Notes under the pieces: generated by a model | Database searches by the model: none | What the model was told of the DNA's origin: nothing | What the model saw: only the letters and a program-made list of their open reading frames with translations | Shown here: piece after piece, positions 35,162-49,533 of the stretch | How positions within the stretch are numbered: the stretch's first letter is position 1 | Layout: every line of letters starts with the position of its first letter | DNA from: an uncultured Gammaproteobacteria bacterium | GTDB taxonomy: Bacteria; Pseudomonadota; Gammaproteobacteria; Nevskiales; Salinisphaeraceae | Direction of reading: 5' to 3' | Length of the DNA: 64,000 nt | NCBI GenBank assembly: GCA_963835375.1 | Contig: CAWIGB010000015.1 | Coordinates: 157,750-221,749, forward strand | Program-made: the position numbers and the translations under genes

Positions 35162-35835
35162 TAAATCAGATAGCTTGTACGGCGCATTGAATCCTGTTTT
35201 GGACGCCGAAATGTTAAATGGGCAGACCCACGCGCTGCTATAGAGCGCTGTTTTCGTTCGCGGCCATGCGGAGTTGCATGCTTCACGGCGCTGAATGCAA
35301 GTGGACAGTTCGCTTGCCGGGACTTGTTTTGGCGCGATCTTTCGGGGGCGCCGTGGATTATGGCGGCATTGGAGCTGCACCTGATAGTAGTATGCTGCAG
35401 CCCGCGCAGGAGTTTGCCGCGGGGCTGGGCTTGTTGGGGCGAATCACTGCGACGGACCGGCGGCTAATGCGAGGTTGGGTTGCCGCGCGGTTCGCCATAG
35501 ATGGTAGGGGACAAGTTGCTAGCTAATGCTGATGACCCTGACGATGGCAAATGAAAAAGCCGTTGGCCTTGGCCTATGTTCGTTTGTATGCGCTATTTGT
35601 GACGGAAGTGCTCTTTTACGGATTCCCCGGGGCTGAGTTCGAGCGACGAGTTGTGGGCGCCTCGGTCGTATAGTGTGATCGTGCTTTGGCCCATGGCGGG
35701 CCGCCTGAGCGCCGCCCAACTCTGCAAGACCGGTAGAAAACTCGGCTAGACCGCCGGAGTCGGCATGAGTGCCTGCATCTTCAAAGCCTGCGCAGCGAAA
35801 TCCAAAGCGTTTAATCGGAAATGGATTGCTCAGAC

Positions 35836-37825
<1,990 letters not shown>

Positions 37826-37841
37826 TACAAGGAGATACACC

Positions 37842-38720
37842 ATGACGCGCAAGGGGATTATCCTTGCCGGCGGTTCCGGCACGCGTCTTTATCCGATCAC
37901 GAAAGGCATCTCCAAGCAGCTGTTGCCTGTCTATGACAAGCCGATGATCTATTACCCGCTTTCTGTACTGATGCTGGCGGGGATTCGGGAGGTTCTGATT
38001 ATTACCGCGCCGGCGGACCAGGAAGGCTTCCAGCGCCTGCTGGGTGATGGCAGCCAGTTCGGTATTTCACTCCGTTATGCGGTGCAGCCCAGCCCCGATG
38101 GCCTGGCCCAGGCCTTCCTCATCGGCGAGACGTTTATCGGTGACGACCCGGTGTGTCTCGTGCTGGGCGACAACATCTTCCACGGCCCCGGTTTCTCCAA
38201 GCAATTGCAGGCCGCCAGCGCCCGCCAGAGCGGTGCCACGGTGTTCGGCTACCAGGTTAACGACCCCGAGCGCTTCGGCGTGGTCGAGTTTGATGCCGAT
38301 CGGCGCGCCGTCTCCATCGAGGAAAAGCCCGCCAAACCCAAGTCGCACTATGCGGTGACCGGCCTCTATTTCTACGACAACGACGTGGTGGAGATCGCCA
38401 AGTCAGTGAAGCCCTCGCACCGCGGCGAACTGGAGATCACGAGCATCAATCAGGCCTACCTTGAACGCGGCGACCTCAACGTGGAATTGCTGGGCCGCGG
38501 CTTCGCCTGGCTGGATACCGGCACCTTCGATTCCCTGCACGAGGCCTCGGGCTTTATCGAGACCTTGGAAAAACGTCAGGGCCTGAAGGTGGCCTGCCTG
38601 GAGGAAGTAGCCTTCCGCATGGGCTTCATCGACCGTGAGCAATTGTTGATTCAGGCCGATGGTTTGAAGAAGAACAGTTATGGCGCCTACCTCAAGCAAC
38701 TCGCCGAGCAAGAAGTCTGA
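37842..38720 (+). CDS. rfbA: Glucose-1-phosphate thymidylyltransferase
   Basis: [35 protein letters not shown]. Confidence 0.97.
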   Translation: MTRKGIILAGGSGTRLYPITKGISKQLLPVYDKPMIYYPLSVLMLAGIREVLIITAPADQEGFQRLLGDGSQFGISLRYAVQPSPDGLAQAFLIGETFIGDDPVCLVLGDNIFHGPGFSKQLQAASARQSGATVFGYQVNDPERFGVVEFDADRRAVSIEEKPAKPKSHYAVTGLYFYDNDVVEIAKSVKPSHRGELEITSINQAYLERGDLNVELLGRGFAWLDTGTFDSLHEASGFIETLEKRQGLKVACLEEVAFRMGFIDREQLLIQADGLKKNSYGAYLKQLAEQEV

Positions 38721-38733
38721 AAGGAAAGACGAG

Positions 38734-39306
38734 ATGGAAGTGATCCCGACCCGTATCTCCGACGTCAAGCTGATCAAGCCCAGGGTATTTGGCGACGCGC
38801 GTGGCTTCTTCATGGAAACCTGGAACGCCCGCGTATTCACCGAGGCCGGCATCGACGCCACCTTCGTCCAAGACAACCACAGCCGCTCGGTCAAAAACAC
38901 CCTGCGGGGCTTGCACTATCAAATACAGCAGCCGCAGGGCAAGCTAGTGCGTGTCACCCGCGGCGAAGTGTTCGACGTGGCGGTGGACCTGCGCCCCAAT
39001 TCGCCTACCTTCGGCCAATGGGTGGGGGAGGTGCTCTCCGAAGACAACCAGTATCAGCTCTGGGTGCCGCCCGGTTTTGCGCACGGTTTCTACGTGATGA
39101 GTGACTCCGCGGAATTCCAGTACAAGTGCACCGATTTCTATGCGCCTGAGCATGAGCGGTGCATTCACTGGAACGACCCCGACCTGAACATCGAGTGGCC
39201 GCTGCTGGCCGGAGGCGAGCCAATCGTTTCGGGCAAGGATGAGAAGGGAACGGCATTCTCGGTTGCCCGGCTGGAGTTGGCCCAAGTGGCGGAAAAGGTC
39301 AGCTGA
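38734..39306 (+). CDS. rfbC: dTDP-4-dehydrorhamnose 3,5-epimerase
   Basis: DARGFF, QDNHSRS, LRGLHYQ, GFAHGF. Confidence 0.97.
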   Translation: MEVIPTRISDVKLIKPRVFGDARGFFMETWNARVFTEAGIDATFVQDNHSRSVKNTLRGLHYQIQQPQGKLVRVTRGEVFDVAVDLRPNSPTFGQWVGEVLSEDNQYQLWVPPGFAHGFYVMSDSAEFQYKCTDFYAPEHERCIHWNDPDLNIEWPLLAGGEPIVSGKDEKGTAFSVARLELAQVAEKVS

Positions 39307-39449
39307 CCAAGTCGTTTCTCCCAGCCAGCGGGTGTCAAGTCCACAAGATCCCGTTTGTCATCGCCGTATCGACCACGGCCGATCGCAAGCCCGATCAGGT
39401 GGCCATCCGGTATGCTCCGTTCACATTAGCAGAGATCGCCGACCGGCCC

Positions 39450-39805
39450 CACGAGGCGTTGGAGCCGAGACCCTGGTCGTTTCGGACGGTCTTCCGGCGT
39501 TTCGTGCCTTAACCAGAAGAACTTCGCGCTTGTCGCTGGGTCCGGCCGGACCTCGGCCAGCCCATCCGGAGTTTCGTTGGGTCAACATCATTTTGGGCAA
39601 CCTCAAGAACGCAATCACCGGCACCATGTCTAGCGCCTTCAAGTTCGCCAAATACGCCGCGCGTTACCTGGCCGACTTCCAGTACCGCTTCAATCGCCGC
39701 TATGACTGCCGCTCTATCTTGCCTCGACTAATCCGTGCCGAAGCCAACACGACACCTCGGGTGAAAGATCGGCTCAGGTTGGCTGAGTTTCGGGCCTAAT
39801 AAAGA
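39450..39805 (+). mobile_element. IS1595-family transposase 3' fragment with right end
   Basis: VVSDGL, WVNIILGNLK, RYLADFQYRFNRRYD; end sequence GCTGAGTTT...TAATAAAGA. Confidence 0.8.
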
Positions 39806-39934
39806 AAGATGTTCACGCGACCCACCGTAGCGATCAGCGTTGTCAGTATAGGTGTGTTGGCTTCGGCCAATGCCCTCATGATACTTGTGGCCGGCTATTT
39901 ATTGGGCGTATTAGCTGTCTGCTTCGAAAACGCC

Positions 39935-40352
39935 ATGGCCAGACCCGGGCCGACGCCGAGACCGCCTTCGACGCCTTCGTCACGGCCTATCGCGATAAAT
40001 ATCCGAAAGCCGCCGACTGTCTGGCCAAGGATCGGGCCCAGTTGCTCACGTTCTACGACTTCCCGGGCACGCACTGGCAATCGATCCGGACCACGAACCC
40101 GATCGAATCCACGTTTGCCACGGTCCGCCTGCGGACCGCGAAGACCCGCGGTTGCGTAACGCGCGACACGATCCTCAGTTTGACCTTCAAACTGGGCCAG
40201 AGTGCGGCCAAGCGCTGGCGACGGCTACGCGGGCTATCAATGGCTCGAGCGACTCGGGCAAGGGGTCATGTTCGTCGACGGTATCGAGCAAACAGCCGAA
40301 TCCAACGACCACAGGAGCGCCGCCTGAGCAACGTCGTATACACCACGTTTGA
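39935..40352 (+). mobile_element. IS256-family transposase 3' fragment
   Basis: YPKAADCLAKDR..LLTFYDFP..HWQSIRTTNPIESTFATVRLRT. Confidence 0.85.
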
Positions 40353-40878
40353 TATATCTCATACAACGAGGATCGAACCCACAGCTCGCTCGGGGACGTG
40401 ACCCTCGCGGAGTACTACCTGAGTTACTCACAGGCCTGATTTTTGCAAGTCTGGATGCTCGGTTTTTGGGGAGAGGGTCAGCGGAATCCTGTGTGGACCT
40501 TTTCGTTCACGGGCCGGGGGCATGCAGGCTAACGCGGGCGAGGCACCTATGCATTGCTGGAAGACGCCCGCACCTATATTTCCACTGAGTGGCATCACAT
40601 AGAAAGCAAGTGCCTGCATCTTCGGCTTCAGAATGGGGAGAAAATGCACCCATCATCAGAAAAGTCTAATTGTTCGGTTGGTTCGGGTAGCTGAACAGAT
40701 ATGGATCTCCCCACCTTAATGCCCCTCCGTCGCGGCCATCAGTTAATGTGGCGCGGCTATGCCACTCTCGCTCTTTTCACCATGTATAACAGAGAGATCA
40801 AACCGAGTAGCAATGACTGACAACCTATTCATCGCCACTGGCGTAACCTCACTTGTTGGCAAAGCGCAGGATGGTCGC

Positions 40879-40960
40879 ATGAGCGTACTGCGTCAGAATA
40901 TCGTGTCACTGTTCGTGCTGCAGGGCTCAAATTACCGCCTGACGCTGGTTACAGTGCTTT
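40879..40960 (+). pseudogene. N-terminal stub of a different flippase (wzx) gene
   Basis: MSVLRQNIVSLFVLQGSNY.L.LVT resembles a typical Wzx N-terminus. Confidence 0.5.
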
Positions 40961-41041
40961 GTCGGCTCGTGCGCGGTTGCGTCGATCTGATTCAAGAACC
41001 TATGTTTGATGTGATGCGCGAAGGCGAATCGGGAAACAAAG

Positions 41042-42500
41042 ATGTTCGCACGTCATTCGCTGATCTATCTTCTGGCGCGCGGCTTCCCGAGCTTGATCGC
41101 TTTTTTCTCTGTTGCGATCTATACCCGCCTGTTGGGCCCTAGCGAATTCGGCGTGTATGCGTTGGTCTATACGGCATCCATACTGCTCAGCTCCATATTT
41201 TTTCAATGGCTGCGCATGGGGTTACTTCGCTTCTACCAGGAGCGAACTGAAGATGGCCGAGCCATTCTCGTCTCGACGCTCGCGGTCTCATTCCTCGTCG
41301 TTGCAGGTGGCCTTGTTATCGTTGCGCTACCTGTGGCGATATTTTCCGAGGATGCGCAATTGGTGATGCTCGCAGTGGCTATCACCATAGTGCAGGGCGC
41401 TTTCGACATATTACTCGAGCGTGCGCGAGTGGAGTTGTCGCCGTTGCATTATGGTACCGTGGCCAGTGAACGTGCGCTGGCGATGTTGGCCGGCGGTATA
41501 GGCGGATTCGAGTTGGCGGGTGTTTGCGGCCTGCTGGCCGGTGTGTTGCTGGGGGTCACGCTGGTTGTGGTTGTGGAACTTGGTCGCACGCTGCCGTTGA
41601 TTCGCCCAAGGCAGGCTTCGCGTACCGAGGTGTGGCCGCTTCTACAGTTTGGTGTGCCGCTGACTGCAACGTTCGCGCTCGTCGGCATTATGGGATTCGC
41701 CGACCGCTATATGCTTGCATGGATGCAGGGAACAGCTGTTGCCGGGCACTACGCCGCTGCATATGACATAACACAAAAAATAGTCATTACCCTGATGACG
41801 GTCGTGAACTTGGCAGGCTATCCGTTGCTCTTGCAGGCTCAAGCGGAAGCCGGGTCCGAGAAGTTTCGTACTCTGCTTGGTCAGACGCTAAACGGTTTGC
41901 TGTTGGTCGGTTTGCCGGTAACCGCCGCCTTCATACTTCTGCCGGCATCATCTCTGGTGCATTCTTGGGCGATGCGTTCCGCGCCCGAGGCGACTGTGCT
42001 CTTGCTACCATGGCTTGGGAATTCGCCGGGTTGGTCGAAGGCATGAAGGTGTACTATTTCGACCTCAGCTTCCAATTACGGCAAAACACATTGCATCAGA
42101 TGTGGATCGGCGCCGTGGGCGGCTGCGTTGAATGTCGGTCTGAATTTCTGGCTCATTCCATTGCAGGGCGGCCTGGGCGCTGCTGGGGCGACACTACCAT
42201 CGCGAACGCGCTTAGGCTGTTGTTCCGTTTACACCATCAGCCATAGGCAGATTCTGCTTCCCGCTATATCACCCGCGATGCTGCCGCCATCGTCGTGGCT
42301 ACACTCATCATGAGTGGCATCCTGTGGTTGACAGGAGCGTCTCTTGCGGATGTTTCCTGTTCACCCGATTGTCCAGCTTTTAGCATTCGCCGCCGCAGGC
42401 GCTGCGATCTATTCTGCGGTTAGCATGGTATTCAACGTCATGGGTGTAAGGAGTCAGTTTTATGCGCTGTGGATGGGGCGGCGAAATGCGGCACGAGGTA
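41042..42500 (+). CDS. wzx: Polysaccharide flippase (frameshifted)
   Basis: YTRLLGPSEFGVY, DRYML, multi-TM. Confidence 0.8.
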
Positions 42501-42507
42501 CGGATTC

Positions 42508-43745
42508 ATGAAAATTCTTGTCCTGCACTCACTTGCCGATCCCGAGCTGGGTGGTGGGGCGGATGTGATTGTTTGGGAGCAATTGCGTGGCCTGCGCGAC
42601 GCCGGGCACGAGTGCGTGTTGCTCGCCACATCGGACACGGCCGGGCTTGAACGGACCGAGCGCGAAGGGATCACGGTTTGGAAAGCCGGCATCCGAAATG
42701 TCTATTGGCCTCATCACAAGAGTAGATCAGCTGGGGCATCAGAGGACTGATTTGACGAAGCGGTGGATAGCTACAACGTCTGGATGCAGGGCTATCTGCA
42801 GGAAGTCGTTGCGCAGGAAAAGCCGGATGTCGCTTCGCTGCACGCTTTGGCTGGCTGGTCGGCGGCAAGCTGGGTGACGCTTGGCCGGTTGGGGTGTCCC
42901 GGTGCGTGCAGGTGTTGCACGGCCATGATGCGATCTGTGCGGGGGGCGATCTGACAGGAAGGGCCGAAACTGTGCGAATCAGTGTATGGTGTGCCGCGCG
43001 TTCCGTTTGCCACATCGTGCGCTGAGTCGCCGGGTGCAGGCCGTGGTCGGGGTGAGCCGTTATATGCTCGACCGGCATCGGTACCTGGGTTATTTCGAAG
43101 GGGTGCCCATTCAGCGGGCGATTCACAATGCGCGCGCGCCGCACGCTTTGGGCGTCGACGACGCGCCGCCGCCTTGAAGCCCATCGTGGTTTGCGCTTCG
43201 GTTACATTGGCCGGCTGGACCCGAGCAAGGGCATCGAACCGCTGATCAATGCTTTCCTCGCCGCCGATCTCCCGGATGCCGAGCTCTGGATCACCAGCAG
43301 CGGAAAGCAGGCTTACGAAGACCGCCTGCGTGCTCAAACGGGCGATGCGCAGATTCGGTTCCTGGGCCGCGTCGAGGCCCGCGATTTCTACCCGCAGGTC
43401 GATGTGGTGGTCGTGCCTTCACTCTTGAACGAGGCACTGGGCATGGTTGTGATGGAAGCCTTCGCTTTCGGTAAGCCGGTTATCGGCTCGCGGCGCGGCG
43501 GGATACCCGAGATGATCCGCCACCGCGAGAACGGCCTGCTCTTCGACCCCGATGTGCCGGATGAATTGCTTACGGCTTTGAGCGCAGTCCACGCCGACAG
43601 CGAGCTTCGCGCCACGCTGGCGGCCAACGCGCGAACCAGTAGCGTGCCGTTCCTCGATATGTCGGCGTGGATCAAAACCTATGAAGACTTGTACCGCGAG
43701 GTAATAAACACCAATCCGGCGGCATCGCCGAAGCAGTCGATGTGA
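42508..43745 (+). CDS. GT4 family glycosyltransferase (frameshifted)
   Basis: GGGA, GRLDPSKG, PSL.NEALGMVVMEA, GGIPE. Confidence 0.85.
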
Positions 43746-45091
43746 TGTCGCAATCCGCCGATCTCGTCTGGCCCCGGCCCACATTGCCCGGTTTGCAAGA
43801 CGCAGCGCGTTCCCGCTTGAATCTGCGGAACCTCGTCTATGCGCTGGCAGGTCTGTTTCTGTGGTCTGTCGTCCTCAATCGGACGAGCTGCGCTACGGCC
43901 TAGCGCTGCTGCATGTGGATGCGCTCGTTTATCTGCCCAAGCTGCTGTTGCTCATGGCCGTGCTTCTGCTGCCGCTGTTGCGGCCGCGCGCGTCTCCGGT
44001 GGCTTGGCTGCTCACCGGGCTGGTACTGATCTATCTGCTCTGGGGCATGGTTAATCTGAATACGCCCTTGCAGGCGCTGTTCGGGCTATGGGTGCTCTTG
44101 CCACTGTTGTTCGGTCTTTGGGCCGGGCCCGTGGTGAGCGTGGAGCAATGGCGGCGCTTGTTTGTGGTTGTGTTTGTCGTGGCGGCCGCGGGCGTTTTCC
44201 TCAATCCGCTGATTCATTATCCGTGGAGCGGCTTAAAGCCTGACCCTGCTGGGCAGCAAGATCCAAGTGTCACGGCAATGGACCGCCTTCGGCGTGGAGC
44301 GTTATGCCGGATTTGCGAGAGCATCGTTCAGTGCCGCCTCACAGTTGCTGCTGTTCGGCGTGATGCTGGTTGTCTTACTCAAGCGCAGGGGCATCAAGCT
44401 GTTGGTCTGGCTCGTCGCAGGCGTCAGGGATGGGCTTGACGACATCGAAAGGGCCTATGGGAGCGTGGCTGCTGGTGTCGATATACTTTGCCGGGGGCGG
44501 CCTGCTGCGCTGGCCGCGATACTGGATTCAGCTCTGGCTCGTTGCGCTGTCGTTCATTCTGCTCGTAATGATTCTGCTTCCGCTTTCCACCGTCTGGATT
44601 CATTACGACCCAGCCTTGCATAGTTTTGCCGGCAAGTTTCTGTTTGCCAGTTTCGGCGACAGGCTGAACTGGATGTGGCCCGATTCATTGCACCTTCTCG
44701 ATCTGGGCGGGAGCTGGCATTGGTGGGTCGGGCGCGGCTTGGGGCGGCATAGGCGCCGCTGGGACAGTATCTCGAACCGGCGCATTATTTGGCGGCGGAT
44801 AATCTGTTCGTTTATGTGACAGTGTATTTTGGCTTGCCGGTTGCGCTGTTGTTGTTCGTCGCAGTGTGGTGGCGGATCGTACGGCTCAGTCCGAGCCGGG
44901 GTGTCGCGGCTTGGCGTTTACCGGTATTTCTGGTGCTCATCGTGTATGGCGTTGTGGCGACCTTGATTGGAGGAGGCAGTGTTCTGCCGTTGTTTTTGGG
45001 GTTGGCATTATCTGTGCGGGGGATTACAGCACGAAATCAATTTATGACGGTGAAGGGAAGTTTTGTTCGTGGTGACAAATTTTCTAATTAA
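43745..45091 (+). CDS. Multi-TM membrane protein, probable O-antigen polymerase (frameshifted)
   Basis: Hydrophobic segments throughout, R.AGF.RASF, GRGLG, DN; lies between GT genes. Confidence 0.55.
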
Positions 45092-46224
45092 TACTAGAGT
45101 GCTTCAGTCGCCCTTGACCGGCATGCAGAGGTACGTGCTGGAGTTGGTTAATCGATTTGAAGGAGAGGTAGAAACGATATAACCCAGCGACCGCTTTCGA
45201 GAGTTCAGGGTAACTCTTGGGAGCGACTTCTGTTGCCGGGAAAGGTGAGGGAAGGGTCTTATTCAGCCCGGCCAACACGGGGCCGTTGGCTGTTTCGAGG
45301 CAGGTAGTAACGATTCATGATGTTGCCCAGATGGATCGTTCAGGCATTGTAGCGGAGTTGAACGCTGATATAGATTCAAAAGCTGGTGCTTGGTACAAAT
45401 TTCTGACGCCGAGGTTGGTTAGGAGGGTTGCTCAGAGTCATCACGATTTCAGAATTTTCGAAACAGCGGTTGCTGGCGTATACAGGGCTGGATGAAGAGC
45501 GAGTGACCGTGATTCCCAATGGGGTTGACAGTCGGTTCGCTCCGGTGTCGGAAGCCGCGTCCTCCGAGAATTTGATGGACTTGCAATTGCCGTGTCGGCA
45601 CTATGTGTTATCCGTCGGTTCGCTGAGTGCCGCGCAAAAACCTCGCAAGGTTGTTGCAGGCTTGGGCTCAGATACAGTCCGAGATCCCCGATGATGTCTG
45701 GCTGGTGCTCACTGGGAAAATGGGGAACGAGCGCATATTCGCGGATGAGGCATCCCTTTCCCGGCTGCCTCCACGCGTTCATCTAACGGGCCACGTTCCG
45801 GATAACGCCTTGCCGCGGCTGTACGCGAGCGCCCTCGCCTTTGCCTTTCCGTCGGTCTACGAAGGGTCGGATTGCCCCCGCTGGAAGCCATGGCGTCAGG
45901 CGTTCCCGTACTCACCGGCAACCGAGCCTCGCTGCCGGAGGTCGTGGGGGATGCGCGGGTGTGATGGTCGACCCGTATGATGTCGAAGCGATTGCGGAGG
46001 GATTGAGGCGTCTGATCGAGGACGGCTCGCTCAGATCGCAATTGCGGGCTAGCGGATTGAAGCGGGCCCGGGCGTTCAGTTGGGACAGGACGATGGAGCG
46101 CACATGGGCCGTCTTGGAAGCTGTGGCTCAAGCGATCGATACGGACAGCGTTGGGGGTAGGAAATCCCCGGGCTTTGCCAGGAACCTGCCGTCCGATATA
46201 ATGTGTCTCATACGGTTGTGTTAG
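45072..46224 (+). CDS. GT4 family glycosyltransferase (mannosyltransferase-like; frameshifted)
   Basis: TGMQRY, TIHD, RKNL, FPSVYEG, FSWDRT. Confidence 0.8.
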
Positions 46225-46837
46225 CTTTTGGATACTGATGACACGTGTGGCAACGGTTAGAAACTGCGCTTGGCATATCCAGATCAAATGCTTATGTCAG
46301 TACCAACCGTCAGGTATGACGGAACCCTGTCCACTGATCCTCCATAAAGGGTAAATTCATGGGGAGCCCGGTCGCTTCCGTATTCGCCAGAGCGAGCTAC
46401 AAATCGTAGGCTGGGCTCCGCCTGATGCTCGCCGGCCGGGGGCCGCGCACGTTGTCACCCAAAAGCTGCTGACATTAATCGCTTTGCCAATCACTGGCGT
46501 GCTGCGCTGGGCTGGCTCGTCTTCGGCACGCACTTACTGCCCGGCGCTCGGCTGAATGCACCAGCAGCGGGTTCGCCGGCGGCGTCCGTTGATCCAATGT
46601 CCACGCTTGGGATGAGTCTGGAGCACGGCGGTAGGTGGTCGGCACAGGTGCGCGTTTGTTTCTACACCGCTCTCGCGTGCGGAGGACGACCGCAACTGAA
46701 ACCGTCGACGCAGTGCATGGCGGTAAGTCGGGATAATTGCCCACTTCAGGGCGAAGGTAGCAAATACTAGTCAGGGTGAACTGACTGGCTGCGCCGAAGT
46801 ATAAGACGCTGCCATGATGCAGGTTAATTGGATAATA

Positions 46838-47751
46838 ATGCGAATCGCTTTAATCATTCCAACCAGAAATGGCGAAGAAAAAATTCGCCGGCTGTTTCGG
46901 TCGATTTCCAATCAAACGGAGCAGTGCGATGTTTTGGTGGTTGACTCCAGTTCTACGGACTCGACCGTTCCACTTGCCGTGAGGCAGGCTTTCCGTTCAA
47001 ACAATCCCCGTTTCGGAGTTCAATCATGGTGGTACTCGTCAATCAATTGTGGCCGCTAACCCCAAGTATACGATCTATGTTTTCTTGACCCAGGATGCAT
47101 ATCTCGCTGATGCGCATGCTATCGAGCGCCTTGTCGCTCCATTTTCGGACCCCGAAGTTGGCGCGGTCTGTGGTCGCCAACTTCCACATCTTGACGCAAC
47201 CCTGCTCGCCAAACATGCCCGGCTCTTCAATTATCCTGCTGAATCACGGGTGAAGTCGTCTGTCCGATGCAGCTTGACTCGGCATCAAGACACCTTTTAT
47301 CTCCAACTCGTTTGCAGCATATCGCCGAGAGGCGTTGCGGGAAGTCGGTGGTTTTCCGAATCACGTGATACTTTCTGAAGATATGTACGTGGCGGCACGA
47401 ATGCTCTTGTCCGGTTGGAAAGTCGCGTATGCAGGAGATGCCCGGTGTCATCATTCGCATAATTATTCAATGATCGAGGAATTTCGGCGTTACTTCGATC
47501 AGGGTGTTTTCCATGCACGCGAGCCCTTGATACGGATGGGCTTTGGCGGAGCGGGCGGTGAGGGGATGCGTTATGTGGGCTCTGAACTGCGTTTCCTAGG
47601 TTTGAGGCGGATTTATCTTTGGCCCTCGTCGTTGCTCAGAAATGCTATAAAACTTCTGGGCTATAAAATCGGGCAGCAGGAGGCTAGACTGCCGCGCTGG
47701 CTCAAGCGGCGGCTGAGTATGCACAGACGCTTCTGGGATGAGCATGATTAG
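46838..47751 (+). CDS. GT2 rhamnosyltransferase, RfbN/WbaN-like (frameshifted)
   Basis: IPTRNG, DSSSTD, FNHGGTR, FLTQDA, GRQLPH, HSHNY. Confidence 0.85.
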
Positions 47752-47753
47752 CG

Positions 47754-48226
47754 GGGTTCTACCCCGTTCCAACGGACGGATTGGAAAAGCCTGAAAACAA
47801 CAGATCTTGCTTGGCGACGCGTCGCCTCATCCTAGGGTTATGGAATCGCTCGATGTAGTCAAAGAGGTCTGACTTCGCGACATCCAGCGTGTGGTACCTG
47901 ACGCGATGGACGCGTTCGCGTTTGAGCACACCGAAGAAGCCTTCGCAGGCCGCATTGTCGCCGCAATGGCCGACTGCGCTCATCGAACAGGTGAGCGTAC
48001 TGTTCTTCAGCAAACGCTGATAATCACCGCTGGTGAATTGACTGCCGCGGTCGGAATGCAAAATCAAGTCTGCCTTACCTTGGCGCTGCCAAACCGCCAT
48101 TTCCACAGCTCTCATGACCATCTGTCGATCCTGGCGATGATGCATGGACCAGCCGATCACGAGCTTGCTGAACAGGTCGATCACGACGCACAGATACAGC
48201 TTGCCCTCACCGGTCATGATCTCCGT
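47754..48226 (-). mobile_element. IS3-family orfB 3' fragment with right end
   Basis: TEI..GEGKLYLCVVIDLFS, HSDRGSQF, DNAACEGFF, YIERFHNPR. Confidence 0.88.
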
Positions 48227-48337
48227 GTAGAGTCGAGCAGAGGCGCGGTGTCGGCAGAAGCCGACCCGTTTCCTCTGCTCGCTCACCGAACCGGAGGTGC
48301 ACGTTACCGCGCATCCGGCTCTCGTAAGTGGTCCACG
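48227..48337 (-). ncRNA. Group II intron 3' remnant (domains V and VI)
   Basis: Minus strand reads GAGCCGGATGCGCGGTAACGTGCACCTCCGGTTCGGTGAG (DV), then a DVI hairpin ending CTCGACTCTAC. Confidence 0.85.
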
Positions 48338-49533
48338 GGTAATCCCCCCAGAAAAGAGTGCAGGTCAAAAGCGGAATTTTCTCGTAATCTAACCCGAGGA
48401 GGTTCCCGTGAAGACATCCCGATATACCGACAGCCAGATCCTGGCGATCTTGAAGCAGGCCGAGGCCGGCACGCCCGTACCGCAGCTGTGCCGTGAGCAC
48501 GGCATGAGCTCCGCCACGTTCTACAAGTGGCGCAGCAAGTACGGCGGCATGGACGCCTCGCTCATGGCCCGCATGAAAGAGCTGGAGGACGAGAACCGCC
48601 GGCTCAAGAAGATGTACGCCGAGGAGCGGCTCAAGGCCGAGATCGTGCAGGAAGCCCTGGCAAAAAAATGGTGAGGCCATCTCGCCGACGCGAGATGGCC
48701 CGACACAGCGTGCGTGAATACGGGATCAGCATCCGGCTGGCCTGCGTGGCGTTTTCGATCAGCCGGACCTGCTATCGCTATCAGCCGACGTTGTCGGATG
48801 AGAACGCCGAGATTGCGGACTGGCTGATCCGCCTGACCGATCATCAGCGCAACTGGGGGTTTGGCCTGTGTTTCCTGTATCTGCGCAACGTCAAAGGTTT
48901 TCGCTGGAACCACAAGCGCGTGTATCGGATCTATCGCGAGCTGGAACTGAATCTGCGGATCAAGCCGCGCAAGCGGTTGAAGCGAGACGCGCCAGAGAAA
49001 CTGGCCGTGCCGACTGCGCCCAACCAGAGCTGGTCGATGGACTTCATGCACGACCAGCTGAATGACGGTCGCAGCTTCCGGCTGTTCAACGTCATCGACG
49101 ACTACAACCGCGAAGGCCTGGGCATCGAAGTCGATCTGTCGCTGCCCTCAGCCCGGGTGATCCGCAGTCTGGAACAGATCATCGAATGGCGCGGCAAGCC
49201 GGCCGCCATTCGTTGCGACAACGGGCCGGAATACATCAGTGGCGCGTTGATCCAATGGGCCGCCAAGCGCAAGATCCGGCTCGACTATATTCAGCCGGGC
49301 AAGCCGCAGCAGAACGCCTACGTCGAACGCTATAATCGAACGGTTCGCTACGACTGGCTCAATCAGCACCTGTTCGAGTCCATTGCTCATGCTCAGGACG
49401 CTGCGACGCGATGGCTCTGGACTTACAATCACGAGCGGCCAAACATGGCGCTCGGCGGCATCACACCCATGCAGAAACTGAGTATGGTTGCTTAACTCCG
49501 CTTTTGATTTGCGCTAAAAATGGGGGGATTACC
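48338..49533 (+). mobile_element. Apparently intact IS3-family (IS407-group-like) element
   Basis: TIRs GGTAATCCCCCC / GGGGGGATTACC; orfA 48408..48674, orfB to 49495, A7 slippery run at the overlap. Confidence 0.93.
48408..49495 (+). CDS. IS3 transposase OrfAB (programmed frameshift)
   Basis: HTH ([20 protein letters not shown]), [20 protein letters not shown]. Confidence 0.92.

Noticed and set aside
46627-46638. GGCGGTAG as an RfaH ops/JUMPstart element
   Set aside because: Only the 8-mer core matches, it lies mid-cluster, and the JUMPstart context is absent.
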